DNA of 61,470 bases, filler included. It is 7 parts of 7 records of this genome, joined end to end, with 100 filler letters (N's around TTAATTAATTAA, not from the genome) between each part and the next. Parts side by side here need not be neighbours in the genome. Positions count along the whole stretch, not along the records: positions 40,995 to 48,653 come from SRR31156797_41209; positions 48,754 to 61,470 come from SRR31156797_41211; 5 more parts are not named here. One strand, 5' to 3'. The notes beneath the pieces were generated by a model that ran no database searches, was not told the origin of the DNA, and saw nothing but the letters and a program-made list of their open reading frames with translations. Made by a program: the position numbers and the translations under genes. Position 1 is the first letter of the stretch. Each line of letters begins with the position of its first letter. Of this stretch, positions 41,536 through 51,756 are shown piece by piece.

Positions 41536-42759
41536 GTGAAAAAGATGCTAGAGCATGAAGTGCGAGCTTTAACCCTCAGCGAATTGGCCAAGAACAACGG
41601 TCTGCTCCCGATGAAACCTTGTTGGGTCGCGAGAGAATACCTGCCAGGAGGCAAACGCCTCGGCCTCACCGACCAGGAATACGATGTGGGAGAACGCGGC
41701 AACATCTGCGAACGGTGGATCGTGTCGGAAACCAAGGCCGACAACAAGTACGACACACCGCATGAAGGTCAGTCCTTTGTGAAGACATCGACTGGGGAGC
41801 CGCTCCTGCTTGTTGACGCCCTTGATACATGCCGGGCAGAGCTTTTTGGCGAAGAATATGCCAAGGACCACAGCCAGCTTGATCGACTGTTAAAAATATT
41901 CGACTACAAGACAATGCTTTTCTATCACATCCATCATATGAAGAAGGATGCAGAGAAGGTTGGAATGAACCCGAAGGAGGAGGCGTACTACTTCCTGGAC
42001 GCGGACCTGGGTGCGCATCCCGAGACGTTCTTCGGTGTCCATCCCTATATTGTGCAGGAAGAACGCCAAGAGGAGCTATTCCTCCCCTATCTGGAGCAGT
42101 GGCAAGGCGACTCCATTTTGAAGCACGCCAAAGCATACATGAATGTTCCCGGCGAAGGCTTCCATATTCCTCCCGGAATTCTCCATGCCCCCGGCACGGC
42201 GCTGACTTTGGAGCTGCAGGAATCATCGGACATCATGGCCGTGATGCAGGCGGAAATCGAAGGCATTAAACTGGATAAGAACATGCTCTTCCGTCACATC
42301 CACCCTGACGAAATGGCGGCCAAGAAGGAGGGGGCCGTTCTCGATCTTGTCGACTGGGCTTCGTGCGGCGACCCCTACTTCTACGAGAACCACAGGCTGC
42401 ATCCCATTGCTATCGACGAGTCGCTACCCGCTGGTGTGGTCGAGGAATGGGTCTGGTACAACTCCACGAAGTTCAGTGGCACCCGAGTCACGCTGCATCC
42501 GGGCAAGCAATACCTGAGCAAGGCGGAAGGTGTTCACGGCATCTTCATCTGGAAGGGTCTCGGACTGGTGGACAGCTTTTCGGTGGAAGGGCAAAAGGTT
42601 ACTCTGGAAGATTCCAGAGATGAATTTCTCGTTACGCACGACAAGGCCCTGAAAGGCGTTACCTTCACCAATACAGGTTCCGAGCCGTTGGTCGCGTTCA
42701 AATTCTTCGGGCCAGGTATTAACGATGAGATCGTTCCGCGTATTAAACAGGTCAGTTAA
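41536..42759 (+). CDS. Type I phosphomannose-isomerase-like cupin, substrate unknown
   Basis: FYHIHH, EEAYYF, HIPPGILHAPG, LELQESSD metal-binding cupin pattern. Confidence 0.7.
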   Translation: MKKMLEHEVRALTLSELAKNNGLLPMKPCWVAREYLPGGKRLGLTDQEYDVGERGNICERWIVSETKADNKYDTPHEGQSFVKTSTGEPLLLVDALDTCRAELFGEEYAKDHSQLDRLLKIFDYKTMLFYHIHHMKKDAEKVGMNPKEEAYYFLDADLGAHPETFFGVHPYIVQEERQEELFLPYLEQWQGDSILKHAKAYMNVPGEGFHIPPGILHAPGTALTLELQESSDIMAVMQAEIEGIKLDKNMLFRHIHPDEMAAKKEGAVLDLVDWASCGDPYFYENHRLHPIAIDESLPAGVVEEWVWYNSTKFSGTRVTLHPGKQYLSKAEGVHGIFIWKGLGLVDSFSVEGQKVTLEDSRDEFLVTHDKALKGVTFTNTGSEPLVAFKFFGPGINDEIVPRIKQVS

Positions 42760-42906
42760 TAGGAGTTGAATTGCCGGACGGCCTCCACCGACAAGTCCAG
42801 CCGAGGTTCGATTCCGGTAGATCTTTTAACACACGGCAGCCTATTTAAGGGCCTTCCCGGCAAGAGACTCGGACTTTGTCAGGTGAAGGACGCAGAATCG
42901 TCCGGG

Positions 42907-43059
42907 TGATCTTCCTCCGATGAGTTGGTCCACCGCTATATTAAGGAAAACGGAGGGAGAACGAAGTGGCACAAGTCGGAAGAGGTAGTCACGAAGTTAC
43001 AGCAGGTTGAGGTGCTTGTCGGTCAGGGCATGGCGCGGGTAGATGTGATCCGAGAGGTA
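42907..43059 (+). mobile_element. IS3-family left-end remnant
   Basis: TGATCTTCCTCCGATGAGTTGGTCCACC IRL-like end followed by decayed orfA HKSEEVVTKLQQVEVLVGQGMARVDVIREV. Confidence 0.75.
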
Positions 43060-43281
43060 CCCATAGCCAAGCCCGCCGGTCCGACCTGAGTCTGAACTCG
43101 TAGGCTCGGGGCAGTAGGCCCTCATGAACCGTGGTAGGGTTCGCTATAACGAAGCACGGCTCAGATGATCCTTGGCGACGACGACCGCGGAACGATTGTA
43201 TCCTCGCTATTCGTGAAGCTGGTTGACCACTGATCCGGTGGGTTGAATTTGTTTTGGGTTGTTCGGACGACCGTTCTCCCA

Positions 43282-44262
43282 CTAAAACGCTTCATTTTGT
43301 GGTTCAGGCTCGATGTCCAACAATCTTTCTGCAGTGAATCGGTCGGTGATCAGTACGTCCAGCAATCCTGCCAGCAACGTGCTTCGGATGGCCAGTGTTT
43401 TGTGGTCGCCACCAGCCAGTCCGATCACCCTGTCGATCTTTTTGAGTTCCTCAAGTCCGATTCCCATCACACGGTCATCCAAAGGCGTTTTGACAACCTC
43501 TCCAGTGCTGTTGAGAAATCGCAAGCCGATGTTTCCGACCGCGCCTTCCTGGGACAGCTGGGTCAGCTCCTGCTCGGAAAAGACGTTGCCGCTCCTCGCA
43601 AGCATTTCCGAAGGTTCGACCGCGCCGATACCGACCAGGGCCAGCGTGATTTTTGAGAACTGGTTTGTCGTTTCGCGAACATAGGGATCGCCAAAGAGAA
43701 TAAGCTTGGCTTCCCGTGACGAAACGACGCCTTGGGCGCTCAGCAGAAGCGGCATCGCGCCGGTCAACTGGGCCAGTCGGGTCGTAAGCTGGGTCGCGTG
43801 GGTTTGAACGCTCGGGTTTCCCATCCCGCCAAGGGTCTGGACGACATACTTTGCCTTTACCTGTTTCATGGGATGTATGTTCTCGACCATCTTGAGGATG
43901 GTCTCGCTCCACGAGGAAACACCGATCACTTCGTTGTTTCGCAGGGTGGTTTCCAAAAGGTGGGCCGCCCCCTCTCCGATGCGTGCCATGATCGATTCCG
44001 GACGGTCATCCGAACAATCAACGACGATGGCCTCGGGCAGACCGTACTTCTGCCGCAACCCTTCCTCAAGATCGGCATAGGTTCCCGAAGGCATTCTGAT
44101 TGTGATATGGACGATTTCGTCATCGAGCGCGCGCTTCAGCATGCGCGAAACCGTCGCTTGCGAAAGATGCAAGTGTTTGGCGATTGCGGATTGGCGCTGA
44201 TTCTCCAAATAGTACATATGCGCCACTCTTGCTAAAAATCTAAGTTCATTGACCCGCGCCAT
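43282..44262 (-). CDS. SorC/DeoR-family sugar-binding transcriptional regulator
   Basis: VAHMYY..RQSAIAKHLHLSQATVSRML HTH; IGVSSW; LITD. Confidence 0.92.
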   Translation of the reverse strand: MARVNELRFLARVAHMYYLENQRQSAIAKHLHLSQATVSRMLKRALDDEIVHITIRMPSGTYADLEEGLRQKYGLPEAIVVDCSDDRPESIMARIGEGAAHLLETTLRNNEVIGVSSWSETILKMVENIHPMKQVKAKYVVQTLGGMGNPSVQTHATQLTTRLAQLTGAMPLLLSAQGVVSSREAKLILFGDPYVRETTNQFSKITLALVGIGAVEPSEMLARSGNVFSEQELTQLSQEGAVGNIGLRFLNSTGEVVKTPLDDRVMGIGLEELKKIDRVIGLAGGDHKTLAIRSTLLAGLLDVLITDRFTAERLLDIEPEPQNEAF

Positions 44263-44293
44263 TCACGCACCTCCATTTGGATGTCGCTCCAAA

Positions 44294-45790
44294 TCAGAGG
44301 TTATCAGCCATTTCCGGCCGAATTGGAAGAGTGGCGCGTGCCAATGCATCGTTCCATCCCGCTAGTAGGCGGTCTCGGTCTTCTGTCGTCATCGTCGGGG
44401 TAAGAAATTTGGTTTTCTTCGGTAAGGCGGCCAATTCCCGAACGTCGCGCCACACTCCGCAGGTCAAACCCGCCAGAAACGCGGCGCCCAATGCGGATGA
44501 CTCGGACGATTCGCTTTGCACGACCGGATTGCCGAGAAGTCCGGACACCAGTTCCATGAGAAATCGGTTTTTGCTCGGCCCGCCATCGACGAAAATGCGT
44601 CCAAGCGTATTGGGCGACTGCGCCCGCATGGCGATACAGACATCGTGAACCTGCAAGGCGACGGACTCGGCAACGGCACGGGCCGTCTGCGCCCGGCCCG
44701 AATTGAAACTCAAGCCCGAGAAAAGGCCGCGTGCCGACGAATTCCAATGGGGAGATCCAAGTCCGACCAGTGCCGGAACAAAATACACACCGCCGGAATT
44801 CTCAACCGAATACGCCAAGGACATCAGAGCCTCGACATTACCATCCAGTCCAAGAAGGTCGGCCGCCCACGGCAGAGCCGAAGCACTGACCAGGATGTTT
44901 CCCTCGAATGCGTATGTTGGCGTCCCGTTCATCGACCATGCTATGGTCGTCGTTATGCCATGCTCGGGAAGGATGAATTCGGGAAGCATGGCCATGACGG
45001 AAGAGCCGGTACCGAAGGTGACTTTTCCGTCGCCGGGTTCGAAGGCGCAATGGCCGAAAAGGGCGCCGTGGGAGTCGCCGATGGCCCCCGCGATCGGAAT
45101 GCCGTCGGGAAGACCCGGTACGTCCTGGGTCGTACCGAACCGACTGTTGGAATCCATGGGTGTCGGCAGGCATTCCATCGGAACGCCGAACAGATCGCAA
45201 AGCTCACTGTCCCAAGCCCCATCGCGAATGTTGTACAATTGGGTTCGGGCCGCATTCGAGCAATCGCAGGCGTGCACGTTGCCCCGCGTGAAATTCCAGA
45301 GAAGCCAAGAATCGACGGTTCCGACGCAAATGTCGGACGGATCGACATATTTTGCATGTTCGGCAAGCCATTTGATTTTGGGGGCGGGAAAAAGCGGATC
45401 GAGAGGAATTCCGGTGCGAGAGACTACCATCGGTTCGACGCCATCGTTCCTGAGTTTCTCGCAATCGGCCGCGGTTCGCCGGCATTGCCACGTAATGCAT
45501 GGGCCTAGCGGCTCGCCCGTGGACCGACGCCAGGCTGTAACCGATTCGCGCTGATTCGAGATTCCAATGGCTTCAATCCAGATTTCGCGATCGTTGCCAA
45601 GGCAACCTTGGATTGCCGTGACCACGCTTTGCCAAATCTCCGCCGGATCCTGTTGAACCCAGCCGGATTTCGGGTGTTCAATCGGGACGGATGACGAACC
45701 CCGCGCCAAAATGCCGCCATCCGTGTCGACAAGGATGGCCTTGCTGTTGGTGGTTCCCTGATCAACAGCGAGTATGACGCGTTTTTTCAT
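44294..45790 (-). CDS. aplK: FGGY kinase, apulose kinase-like
   Basis: DQGTTNSKA, ISNQRES, LDPLF, SNAARTQL, IGDSHGAL (GDSH rather than GlpK GDQQ); co-operonic with a split transketolase. Confidence 0.7.
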   Translation of the reverse strand: MKKRVILAVDQGTTNSKAILVDTDGGILARGSSSVPIEHPKSGWVQQDPAEIWQSVVTAIQGCLGNDREIWIEAIGISNQRESVTAWRRSTGEPLGPCITWQCRRTAADCEKLRNDGVEPMVVSRTGIPLDPLFPAPKIKWLAEHAKYVDPSDICVGTVDSWLLWNFTRGNVHACDCSNAARTQLYNIRDGAWDSELCDLFGVPMECLPTPMDSNSRFGTTQDVPGLPDGIPIAGAIGDSHGALFGHCAFEPGDGKVTFGTGSSVMAMLPEFILPEHGITTTIAWSMNGTPTYAFEGNILVSASALPWAADLLGLDGNVEALMSLAYSVENSGGVYFVPALVGLGSPHWNSSARGLFSGLSFNSGRAQTARAVAESVALQVHDVCIAMRAQSPNTLGRIFVDGGPSKNRFLMELVSGLLGNPVVQSESSESSALGAAFLAGLTCGVWRDVRELAALPKKTKFLTPTMTTEDRDRLLAGWNDALARATLPIRPEMADNL

Positions 45791-46749
45791 GGTTTCCGTG
45801 CTTTTTTCTCAACAAGGTCGATGACGGTAGAAGAAATACCTTCGGGCGACATGCCGAACTCATCCAAAAGGAAATTGGCCGAACCCGTCGGTGCGAAAAT
45901 GCCTGGGACACCCAACAATACCATCGGAACGGGATATTTCTGCACAACCACTTCGGCGACGGCACTGCCGAGTCCACCGTATATGGAGTGCTCCTCGCAG
46001 GTCAGGATGGCACCGGTATCCAGCGCTGCTGAGACGATAGCATCTTCGTCGATCGGACGTACCGTCGCCATGTTCAGGACACGGGCATCGATGCCATGGG
46101 CAGAAGACAGGGCGTCGGCCGCGGCCAGCGCACGGTGGGCCATGACACCGTTGGCAATGATCGTGACATCGCTGCCGTCACGCAAATTGACGGCCTTGCC
46201 GAGTTCAAACCGGTGATCATCCGGCATGATGTCCGGTACGCCGACGCGACTGAGGCGAAGAAAGACCGGCCCTTCGTATTCGGCTGCGAAACGAACCGCC
46301 GCCGCCGTCTCCTTCCGATCGGCCGGAGCGACAATCGGGATGTTCGGGATAACCCTGATCCAAGCGAAATCCTCGATCGAATGGTGGGTCGGACCCAATT
46401 CGCCATAGGCCATGCCGGAACTGACGCCGCAGAGCTTGACGTTGCTGTTCGAATAGGCAACATCGGTCTTGATCTGTTCCAACGCCCGTCCGGTCAGAAA
46501 ACAGGAGGCCCCACACACAAAGGGTATCTTCCCGCCGTTGGCCAAGCCGGCGGCGACGCCGACCATGTTCTGTTCGGCGATTCCGACATCGATCAAGCGT
46601 TCGGGCCACCTTCGTTGGAAATCGGCAAGTTTACTTGAATTGACCGAATCGTTGCACACGGCGACGATATTCTCGTCGCCATCGGCGAGGCCCCACAAGG
46701 TCTGCGTGAACGAGTCTCGACAGTCGAACAATTCCACGGTTTTGTTCAT
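45787..46749 (-). CDS. aptB: Transketolase C-terminal subunit (apulose-4-phosphate transketolase B-like)
   Basis: VGIAEQNMVG, RALEQIK, LGPTHHSIED, EEHSIYGGLG. Confidence 0.7.
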   Translation of the reverse strand: MNKTVELFDCRDSFTQTLWGLADGDENIVAVCNDSVNSSKLADFQRRWPERLIDVGIAEQNMVGVAAGLANGGKIPFVCGASCFLTGRALEQIKTDVAYSNSNVKLCGVSSGMAYGELGPTHHSIEDFAWIRVIPNIPIVAPADRKETAAAVRFAAEYEGPVFLRLSRVGVPDIMPDDHRFELGKAVNLRDGSDVTIIANGVMAHRALAAADALSSAHGIDARVLNMATVRPIDEDAIVSAALDTGAILTCEEHSIYGGLGSAVAEVVVQKYPVPMVLLGVPGIFAPTGSANFLLDEFGMSPEGISSTVIDLVEKKARKP

Positions 46750-47567
46750 GAAGCGATCTCCCGCATCTCTTGAAGTGCCAGTTCGTACTGATCTCGGTTT
46801 GGAACCTTATGATGCCATTCGACCCGATCCTTCATGAAGGAAATGCCCTGTCCCTTGTTGGTTCTTGCAACGATGCAGGTCGGCTTTCCCGCAACGATGG
46901 TTTCAGGGGCGAGCGCGCCGGCGATCGCCGATATGTCGTGTCCGTCGATTTCGACAGTCCGCCAGCCGAAAGCGGAGAATCTTGCGGCAATCGGTGAAAG
47001 GTTGTTGGTGACTGCGAGTCGCGCACCTTGTTGCAGTCGGTTGTGATCGACGATCAGAGTAAGATTCCCAAGTTTGAATTGGGCCGCGGCCATTGCGGCT
47101 TCCCAGTTGCTGCCCTCTTGCAGTTCGCCGTCCCCTGTTAGAACGAAGACCCTCCATTGAGCATCGCTCATGCGTGCCGCCTTCGCCATCCCGACCGCAA
47201 CCGGCAAACCATGGCCAAGGGGGCCGGTGTTCGTCTCCACCCCCGGCACCTTGGTGCAATTTGGGTGTCCGTTGAGGTTGGAGTAGGGATTCAGAAACGT
47301 CTTCAGTTCATCCTTTGCGAAATAACCGGCTTCGGCCAACGTGACATAAAGAGCGCAAGCGGCGTGTCCCTTGCTAAGGACAAAGCGATCGCGATCTGGG
47401 CGTTGTGGTTCTTTGGGATCGTAGTTCATCGTATGAAAATAAAGCGTCGTAAGAATGTCGATGGCCGACATTTCGCTGCCAATATGTCCGGCGCCGGCGT
47501 TGAACACCGTCTCCAGGTCTATTAGACGAATACGTCGGGCCACTTCTTTGAGCGTTCGCAAATCCAT
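46746..47567 (-). CDS. aptA: Transketolase N-terminal subunit (apulose-4-phosphate transketolase A-like)
   Basis: GHIGS, RDRFVLSKGH, TGPLGHG, GDGELQEGSNWE ThDP motif; start placed at ATG 47567. Confidence 0.7.
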   Translation of the reverse strand: MDLRTLKEVARRIRLIDLETVFNAGAGHIGSEMSAIDILTTLYFHTMNYDPKEPQRPDRDRFVLSKGHAACALYVTLAEAGYFAKDELKTFLNPYSNLNGHPNCTKVPGVETNTGPLGHGLPVAVGMAKAARMSDAQWRVFVLTGDGELQEGSNWEAAMAAAQFKLGNLTLIVDHNRLQQGARLAVTNNLSPIAARFSAFGWRTVEIDGHDISAIAGALAPETIVAGKPTCIVARTNKGQGISFMKDRVEWHHKVPNRDQYELALQEMREIAS

Positions 47568-47994
47568 GCTGTGAGACCTTATGAAAGAATATTCAACAGC
47601 AAATATAATTACATTTACCTTCACTTTCTGTCAAGGCAGCCTCAGCAACGATGTTGGCTGGTTGGGCAGATGGACAGAAAAATATGTAATTAATTCCGCA
47701 TAATAGGGTGAGTTGGCAGGTTAAATAGAGCCGACAGGAAAGATTTTATCGAGCATGGAAAATTCATCAAAGTTGAATAATTATACGTATTGATGGATTA
47801 AGGGTTAGGCTACGGCGGATGCAAGCGATGCGTTTCCCGAACCCGGAATGATCGCGACGATCGTACGTTGGTCTTCTCATTCCGTCGCCGAAGGGAGCCC
47901 AGAGGCCGTTGAACGGCCTGGTATTTCTTTGCATCGGATTTTCGCTGTCGTCCGAATATTTCCTTTTCGTTCGGAATGCCCTGAACGTGATGGA

Positions 47995-48330
47995 CTAGGA
48001 TCGGGACTCAATTGAGCCACCATACGAGTGTTGCGACAATGAAGACGGCGGACAGGAATGTGTCGGCACGTTTGTCGTAACGTGTTGCTATTCTCCGGAA
48101 ATCTTTGAGGCGACAGAACATGCGTTCGACGACGTTGCGGCCTCGATAAGCGATACGATCGTAGGTGTGCGGGTGCTTTCGCGTCGGGTTCGGAGGGATG
48201 ACGGCCTCACACCCCCGTTCGGCCAGCCAGTCGCGGAGTTTGCGGGCGTCGTAGGCCCGGTCGGCGAGTAGTCGCTTTGGCGTAGGAATGAGCGCCAACA
48301 AGGCGGCCGCGCAGCATCGCCGTGGGACCT
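47995..48330 (-). mobile_element. IS5-family transposase 3' remnant with terminal IR
   Basis: ADRAYD, YRGRNVVERMFCRLKDFRRIATRYDK; end sequence AATTGAGTCCCGATCCTAG; no intact N-terminus. Confidence 0.85.
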
Positions 48331-48653
48331 TTACGGTTCTTCGGTAGGTCGGCGAACTAGATGCCGTTGTCGGTCAAGACCGTGTGGATGCGGTAAGGCA
48401 CCGCCTCGACCAGCGCATCGAGGAAGGCTGAGGCGATTTTGGTGTTGGCCCGCCGGGCAAGCTGGACGAAAGCGAACTTGGAAGTCCTGTCGATCGCCAC
48501 GAAAAGATAGAGCTTTCTTTCGGCAGTCCGCACCTCGGCGATATCGATGTGAAAATAGCCGATCGGGTAGCTCTTGAACTTCTTCTTGGCAGGCTTGCCG
48601 CCCTCTACGTCCGGCAGGCGACTGATGCCGTGACGGCGCAGGCAGCCGATGCA
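48322..48653 (-). mobile_element. IS481-family transposase pseudogene fragment
   Basis: RHGISRLPDVEG..KKKFKSYPIGYFHIDIAEV..LFVAIDRTSKFAF..HTVLTDNGI*FADLPKNR with an internal TAG. Confidence 0.85.
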
Positions 48654-48753
48654 NNNNNNNNNNNNNNNNNNNNNNNNNNNNNNNNNNNNNNNNNNNNTTA
48701 ATTAATTAANNNNNNNNNNNNNNNNNNNNNNNNNNNNNNNNNNNNNNNNNNNN
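48654..48753. other. Artificial contig spacer
   Basis: N run with TTAATTAATTAA. Confidence 0.99.
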
Positions 48754-48858
48754 CTTGTCGACGGGGCACAATTTCCCATTGCCGAAGTCCGTTGCGCGGT
48801 TATATTAAGTTTTTCTAATTAACAAAGGGCCGCAGCGGCAGGTCAAATGGGGGGCAAC

Positions 48859-51756
48859 ATGTCATTGCGGGACCGCCTGTTCGTTTCCGACGATGTCGAG
48901 ACGTCGCCGTCGGTCGGCGACGAAATCAAGCACACGACCTGTTACATGTGTGCCTGCCGGTGCGGCATCCGGGTTTATATGCAGGACGGCAAGGTCCGCT
49001 TCATCCAGGGAAATTCGAACCACCCCGTCAACAAGGGTGTGCTCTGCGCCAAGGGCTCGGCCGGTATCATGCAGCACTATTCGCCGGCGCGCCTGCGCAA
49101 ACCGTTAAAAAGAGTCGGCCCGCGCGGACAGGGCGAATTCGTCGAGATCGAATGGGACGAAGCGCTTGCCACGGCGACCGACTGGCTGTCGAAAATCCGT
49201 AAAAGTGATCCGCGCAAGCTCGCCTTCTTTACCGGCCGCGACCAGAGCCAGGCCCTGACCGGTTGGTGGGCCAGCCAGTACGGCACTCCCAATTATGCCG
49301 CCCATGGCGGTTTTTGTTCGGCCAGCATGGCGGCGGCCGGTCTTTACACCATCGGCGGATCGTTCTGGGAATTCGGCGAACCGGACTGGGACCGGACCAA
49401 ATATTTCATGCTGTTCGGTGTCGCCGAGGATCATGATTCGAATCCGATCAAGGCCGGCATCGCCAAGGTGAAGGAACGCGAAGGCGCCAAGATGGTGTCG
49501 GTCAATCCGATCCGCACCGGCTATTCGGCGGTGGCCGACGAATGGCTGGGAATCCGGCCCGGCACCGACGGCCTGTTCATCATGGCCCTGATCCAGGAAC
49601 TGATCGCCGCCGGCAAGGTCGATTTCGATTTCCTGGTCCGCTACACCAACGCGCCGTGGCTGGTCGTGCAGAACCCGGGCGGGCCGGACGACGGCCTGTT
49701 CGTGCGTAACGACGACGCCCACCCGATGGCCTGGGACAAGAAAAAATGCGCCCCAGTCGATGCCCTGGCGACGAAGATATCGCCGGCTTTGGTTGGCGAA
49801 TTCGAACTGCCGGACGGCCGCAAGGTGGTGCCGGCGTTCCAGCTTCTGGCTGGCCGGGCGTTGGAAAAGCGCTATGCGCCCACCGCCGTCGCCGAAACCA
49901 CCGGCATTCCTGCCGTCACCATCAAACGCATTGCCGCCGAACTGGCCCATGTTGCCTTTGAAGAAGAAATCACAATCAACACCCCGTGGACCGACTGGGC
50001 CGGCCGCCGGCACAAAAAATTCGTCGGGCGTCCCGTCAGCATGCACGCCATGCGTGGCATTTCGGGCCATACCAACGGCTTCCAGACCTGCCGCGCCATT
50101 CATATCCTTCAGATCCTGCTGGGCAGCATCGATTGCCCCGGCGGCTTCCGCTACAAGGCGCCCTATCCGAAACCGGCGCCGCCGCCGTTGAGGCCGTTCG
50201 GCAAGGCCGGTGAAGTCCACCCCGAGACGCCTATGCAAGGCCCGCCGCTGGGTTTCCCCATGGGGCCCGAAGACCTGCTGGTCGAACCGGACGGATCGCC
50301 CCGGCGTATCGACAAGGCCTTTTCCTGGGAACATCCCTTCGGCGTGCACGGCATGATGCACATGGTCATCTCGAATGCCTGGCGCGGCGATCCGTACCCG
50401 ATCGATACGTTGATGATGTTCATGGCCAACATGAGCTGGAATTCGTCCATGAATACGTCCGGCGTCATGGACATGCTGACCGACAAGGATGAAAAGACCG
50501 GCGAATACAAGATCCCGCGCATCATCTATTCGGACGCCTATTTTTCCGAAATGGTCGCTTATGCCGACCTGATCCTGCCCGACACCACCTATCTGGAACG
50601 CCACGACTGCGTCAGCCTGCTCGACCGACCGATCGGCGAAGCCGACGGTGTTGCCGATGCCATCCGCCATCCGGTGGTCGAACCGGACCGCGATGTCCGG
50701 CCTTTCCAAAGCGTGCTGATCGATTTGGGCGCTCGGCTCGGCCTGCCGGACCTCGTCAATGAAGACGGCAGCCCGAAATATCCCGGTGGTTATCCGGACT
50801 ATCTGGTCAACCACGAACGCACGCCGGGCGTCGGCCTGCTGGCCGGGTGGCGCGGCGCCAAGGGCGAAAAGAACGGCAAAGGCGAACCCAATCCGAAACA
50901 GCTGGACGCCTACATCGAAAACGAATGTTTCTGGCACCACGAATTTCCCGAAGAACACCGCTTCTTCAAGATGGCCAACCGCGGCTATCTGGAATGGGCC
51001 GCCAAGTTCGGCCTGATCGGATCGTCCAATCCGGTCATTTTCCAGCTTTACCTGGAACCGCTGCAGAAATTCCGACTGGCCGCCGATGGCCACGGCGATC
51101 TGCAGCCACCGGGCGAGCACCGCGACCGCTTGCGGACCTATTTCGATCCGCTGCCGATCTGGTATGCGCCGTTCGAAGAGGACATGGTCGACACCGACGA
51201 ATTCCCCCTGCATGCGCTGACCCAGCGGCCGATGCAGATGTACCATTCCTGGGGCTCGCAGAATGCTTGGCTGCGCCAGATCCTGGGCCGCAACTACATC
51301 TACATGCATCCCGACACCGCCGCGCGGCACGGCATCGACAACGAAGACTGGATCTGGATCACCAGCCACCTGAACCGGGTTCGTGCCCAGGTGCGCCTGA
51401 TGGACGGCGTCAATCCCGGTGTCATCTGGACCTGGAACGCCATCGGCAAGAAAAAAGGGGCCTGGAACCTGTCGAAAGATGCCGAGGAATCGCGCAAAGG
51501 TTTCCTGCTCAACCACGTGATATCCGAGCTGCTGCCGATCCGCGCCGGCGAGCCGCGCTATTCCAATAGCGATCCGATCACCGGTCAGGCCGCCTGGTTC
51601 GATTTGCGCGTGCGCATCGAAAAAGCGGGCCCCGACGAACAGGGCGAAACCTGGCCGCAATTCGATGCTGCCGCCAAACCGCCGGGCATCGACGATCCGC
51701 CCGACCGGCTGACCTACGGCTGGGATTTCCGAAAAGCGCGGGAGGGCCGGAAATGA
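48859..51756 (+). CDS. soeA: Sulfite:quinone oxidoreductase molybdopterin subunit
   Basis: TTCYMCACRCG, AHGGFCS, HAMRGIS, MYHSWGSQNAWLRQI; no Tat signal; alternative start 48847. Confidence 0.92.
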   Translation: MSLRDRLFVSDDVETSPSVGDEIKHTTCYMCACRCGIRVYMQDGKVRFIQGNSNHPVNKGVLCAKGSAGIMQHYSPARLRKPLKRVGPRGQGEFVEIEWDEALATATDWLSKIRKSDPRKLAFFTGRDQSQALTGWWASQYGTPNYAAHGGFCSASMAAAGLYTIGGSFWEFGEPDWDRTKYFMLFGVAEDHDSNPIKAGIAKVKEREGAKMVSVNPIRTGYSAVADEWLGIRPGTDGLFIMALIQELIAAGKVDFDFLVRYTNAPWLVVQNPGGPDDGLFVRNDDAHPMAWDKKKCAPVDALATKISPALVGEFELPDGRKVVPAFQLLAGRALEKRYAPTAVAETTGIPAVTIKRIAAELAHVAFEEEITINTPWTDWAGRRHKKFVGRPVSMHAMRGISGHTNGFQTCRAIHILQILLGSIDCPGGFRYKAPYPKPAPPPLRPFGKAGEVHPETPMQGPPLGFPMGPEDLLVEPDGSPRRIDKAFSWEHPFGVHGMMHMVISNAWRGDPYPIDTLMMFMANMSWNSSMNTSGVMDMLTDKDEKTGEYKIPRIIYSDAYFSEMVAYADLILPDTTYLERHDCVSLLDRPIGEADGVADAIRHPVVEPDRDVRPFQSVLIDLGARLGLPDLVNEDGSPKYPGGYPDYLVNHERTPGVGLLAGWRGAKGEKNGKGEPNPKQLDAYIENECFWHHEFPEEHRFFKMANRGYLEWAAKFGLIGSSNPVIFQLYLEPLQKFRLAADGHGDLQPPGEHRDRLRTYFDPLPIWYAPFEEDMVDTDEFPLHALTQRPMQMYHSWGSQNAWLRQILGRNYIYMHPDTAARHGIDNEDWIWITSHLNRVRAQVRLMDGVNPGVIWTWNAIGKKKGAWNLSKDAEESRKGFLLNHVISELLPIRAGEPRYSNSDPITGQAAWFDLRVRIEKAGPDEQGETWPQFDAAAKPPGIDDPPDRLTYGWDFRKAREGRK

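Noticed and set aside
42795-42820. tRNA-like GGTTCGATTCC
   Set aside because: T-stem does not pair fully and no cloverleaf or acceptor stem can be formed.
44294-45790. Glycerol kinase glpK
   Set aside because: Has GDSH and NQRES/LDPLF rather than GlpK GDQQ and NQRET/DPYF, and sits with a split transketolase.
6443-48753. Recurrent TTAATTAATTAA motif, and any functional linkage across it
   Set aside because: Artificial spacer embedded in N runs; flanking contigs differ in GC and apparent taxonomy. ORFs ending in X...LIN are truncation artefacts.
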